Shown here piece after piece: positions 61,525 to 64,000 of a stretch of 64,000 nucleotides of DNA. The notes beneath the pieces were generated by a model. The model was not told the origin of the DNA and made no database searches. It worked only from the letters and a program-made list of their open reading frames with translations. Each line of letters opens with the position of its first letter. Position 1 is the first letter of the stretch. A program made the position numbers and the translations under genes. The DNA is from Pocillopora damicornis (taxonomy: Eukaryota), in contig NW_020847347.1 of assembly GCF_003704095.1 (NCBI RefSeq), positions 124,001 through 188,000 of the forward strand, written 5' to 3'.

Positions 61525-64000
61525 CACATGCAATCTGGACTATGTTTGGGCCCTCCTCTACCCTTGTGCTCTCACCACACTGGTTTGTGGCAGTTACTTG
61601 GAATTCATACATTTTCCCGCTTTCTAAACCAACGACTTCATGTTGAAGCACGTCTCGACCACTTACTTTTCTTTCCCAGTTAGAACGTGAACCATCTTCA
61701 TTGACCTCTCTTTGATAGACTATATACTCTGTTATCACTGCACCATTGTCTTTAGGTGCTCTCCAAGTCAAGGTCACTCTGTCTTCAATTATTTCACTTG
61801 GATATTCTACAATTTTCACTTGATTGGGAACACCTGCAGAAAGGATGGAATCATCATCAACCTTTTCTGATCTATGTATTATCACTATCATAATCTTGGA
61901 TACTCAATATGCCTCGGAACCATTACTGACTTCTTTGCCAAACTGATTCCTTAAAAAATACCTCTTGCTGCAAACTGCAAATCTAACTATACGTAGAATA
62001 ATTTCCGGAAATATTGAATGAAAATTTTTTGAAAGAGTTTATAAACTATGCTTTTCACTCTGAGCCTCAATTAAGACAAAATTAGGCGTAGGTTAAGAGT
62101 CTTAGTTTAAAATATTTTACTATCTACGTCTTTGTGTATCAATAATGATTATCAGACAAAGGTAAAATACCTCGGGAATAACCTGATGTTATAAAGAGTT
62201 CTTTAAAGGGTAGTTTCACAAAGAACCAAGTACATGTTAGGAAAGTTCAACTATGGTTCAGTACCCTGATGCTTCCTGCTTTTTTTCAATTACTCACTGA
62301 AGAGCCACCCATCAGGTTTCAAATAGAGCGGAAGGCAGAGGGAATCATAAGCATTTTAAAAACACTTTCTCATTTACATTTTCAATCGTGAGAAAAAAAA
62401 AAGATAAGATGGCTTGTGTTTAAATGTTTTAAATTTTCCAAACATCAAGAAGAGTCCTCGTAACACCGGCGAACACATTATTATGCCACAACCCTTTCCC
62501 ATCCTATGCAGTGCAGATTCATGTATATAAAATATTCTTAATCTAATTTCATTTAGCTTTGTTAATTTCATTTAGTTGTAGTTTAAAGCCTCGTTTGAGA
62601 ACCTTACCCAACACTTTTACTCCGATTGTCGCGTCCTCTCCTTTTGGGCTCTCACCACACCTGTTTGTGGCAGTTACTTGGAATTCATACATTTTCCCGC
62701 TTTCTAAACCAACGACTTCATGTTGAAGCACGTCTCGACCACTTACTTTTCCTTCCCAGTCAGAACGTGAACCATCTTCATTGACTCTTCTTTGATAGAA
62801 TGTATAATGTGTTATCATTGCTCCATTGTCTTTAGGTGCTCTCCACGTCAACGTCAACCTGTCTTCAATTATTTCACATGGAGCTCCTACAAAATAGACT
62901 TGATCGGGAACACCTGCAGGAAGGATGCTAGCGATTAAATCCAACCTTTTTGGATACAAGTGGTTTCTTTTGACACTTGGGAATTATAAAGTTATTATAT
63001 GAGGGACTTGTTCGCCTGGTCGAGAGGTCTGAGTTTGGGACCTGGCTGGGTCAATGTGTGGTGTTCTTGGGCAAAACACTTTATTTTCACAGTGCCTCTC
63101 AACACTCAGGAATATAAATGGGTGCTAGCTAATTATAAATGTCAGGAAAGCCTGATGAGATTCTGGGGCAGTAACCCTGCGATGAATTTAAATTGGCAGC
63201 TCATCCAGGTAGTAATACGCTTTATGTTAAGGCAACCGGGATAAACTCCAGCTGAGCGGGCCAATCCGGGGAGGAGTGTCGAGGTCTGGACTTGTTTGCC
63301 TGTTCCTTAATGTCTAATAGACTCCCCGTATTATCACTTTATTTTATGTAATGACCATGGCCATTATTCGTATCATGATTTTTTGGTGTCCAAATTGAAA
63401 ATTTATCCCAGCGAGAAATGATCGGAGCGAAACCTTAAGAGTACTTTTTATGCTTATTGCAATGACGCCATGCTAACATGAAACCTTAATGATTGTCGGA
63501 CTATAATCTAAGTTATTTTAAGGAAGCATAATTATTAAGGATTTCAATACAGGTGATATCGTAATGGAGGGGGGGGGAGGGGGTTGGGAGGTTCCGTGTA
63601 TCCACTATAATCTAGAGCTTTATTATCACAGCTTTATGTCTGACGATAAAGGTAACTTGTCCTTTATGCGCAGAAAGACAGAATCATATACGTCATTTGT
63701 GGCTCTCCCTGAGTCATTATTTTCGGAGGAAAAGAAAAGGTAGACAATTGTTTCTAAAGCTTCTTACCACGAATAGGAAGTGAGGCGCTCTTGAAGAAAA
63801 TTGGGTAGTAAATGTTCTCTTCCTTACCAACCACTCCGACCACAAAGGTTTTATCGTTCTTATCAGAATATAGCACCGGTGAACCAAGAAAGTTTTTTCT
63901 GTCGAGGTCACGATCAACGGATAAAGAGTGATTCCCTGTGGTATTATCGTACAACCAATCAATAGATTGTGCTCGTTTTCCATCATCACTGAGAAAATAT
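61525..64000 (-). CDS. 5'-truncated paralogue: trypsin-like pseudoprotease domain + two fibronectin type III domains (C-terminus uncertain)
   Basis: Exons >64000-63768, 62608-62913 and 61525-61833, all flanked by phase-1 introns. The first reads SIDWLYDNTTGNH...NFLGSPVLYSDKNDKTFVVGVV and aligns with the 57355 gene. FN3 motifs LTWRAPKDNGA.IT.Y and GLESGKMYEFQVTATN.CGES. The next acceptor at 61462 gives GYSGRNRTRSL*. Confidence 0.8.
63005..63265 (+). mobile_element. SINE with conserved central domain (GGGCAAAACACTT...CAGTGCCTCTC...TATAAATGGGT); older reverse copy at ~43970-44150
   Basis: Central sequence resembles, from recall, the widespread tRNA-derived Deu/Nin-type SINE core. Confidence 0.6.

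Overview
Eukaryotic, intron-rich, AT-rich genomic DNA, most likely from a stony coral (Anthozoa). That assignment is an inference from gene content and repeat families. Exons were reconstructed by eye from GT-AG sites with consistent phases. The window holds: (1) two paralogous 7-exon NMDA-type ionotropic glutamate receptor genes pointing towards each other (3-8003 +, 29814-37686 -); (2) between them, a head-to-head pair of a 28-exon KIF27/KIF7-like kinesin (-) and an almost intronless ADAR1-like A-to-I RNA editase (+) with two Z-alpha-like domains, one dsRBD and an intact deaminase; (3) a 13-exon DNMT2/TRDMT1 (-); (4) a degenerate ~400-bp tandem array followed by an orphan protein with a signal peptide and about 7 TM helices; (5) two convergent paralogues of an unrecognised family whose N-terminal domain looks like a catalytically dead trypsin-like protease, fused by phase-1 exons either to a disulfide-less Ig domain plus a C-terminal membrane anchor, or to duplicated FN3 domains. 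Also present: MITE and SINE relics, Penelope-type minimal hammerhead ribozyme motifs (one apparently intact), a 35-bp near-perfect hairpin and a 100-N assembly gap. The best candidates for new biology are the modular pseudoprotease family, and the ADAR/iGluR neighbourhood, which has a possible antisense 3' overlap and a pore codon one A-to-I edit away from the paralogue's residue. No database searches were run.
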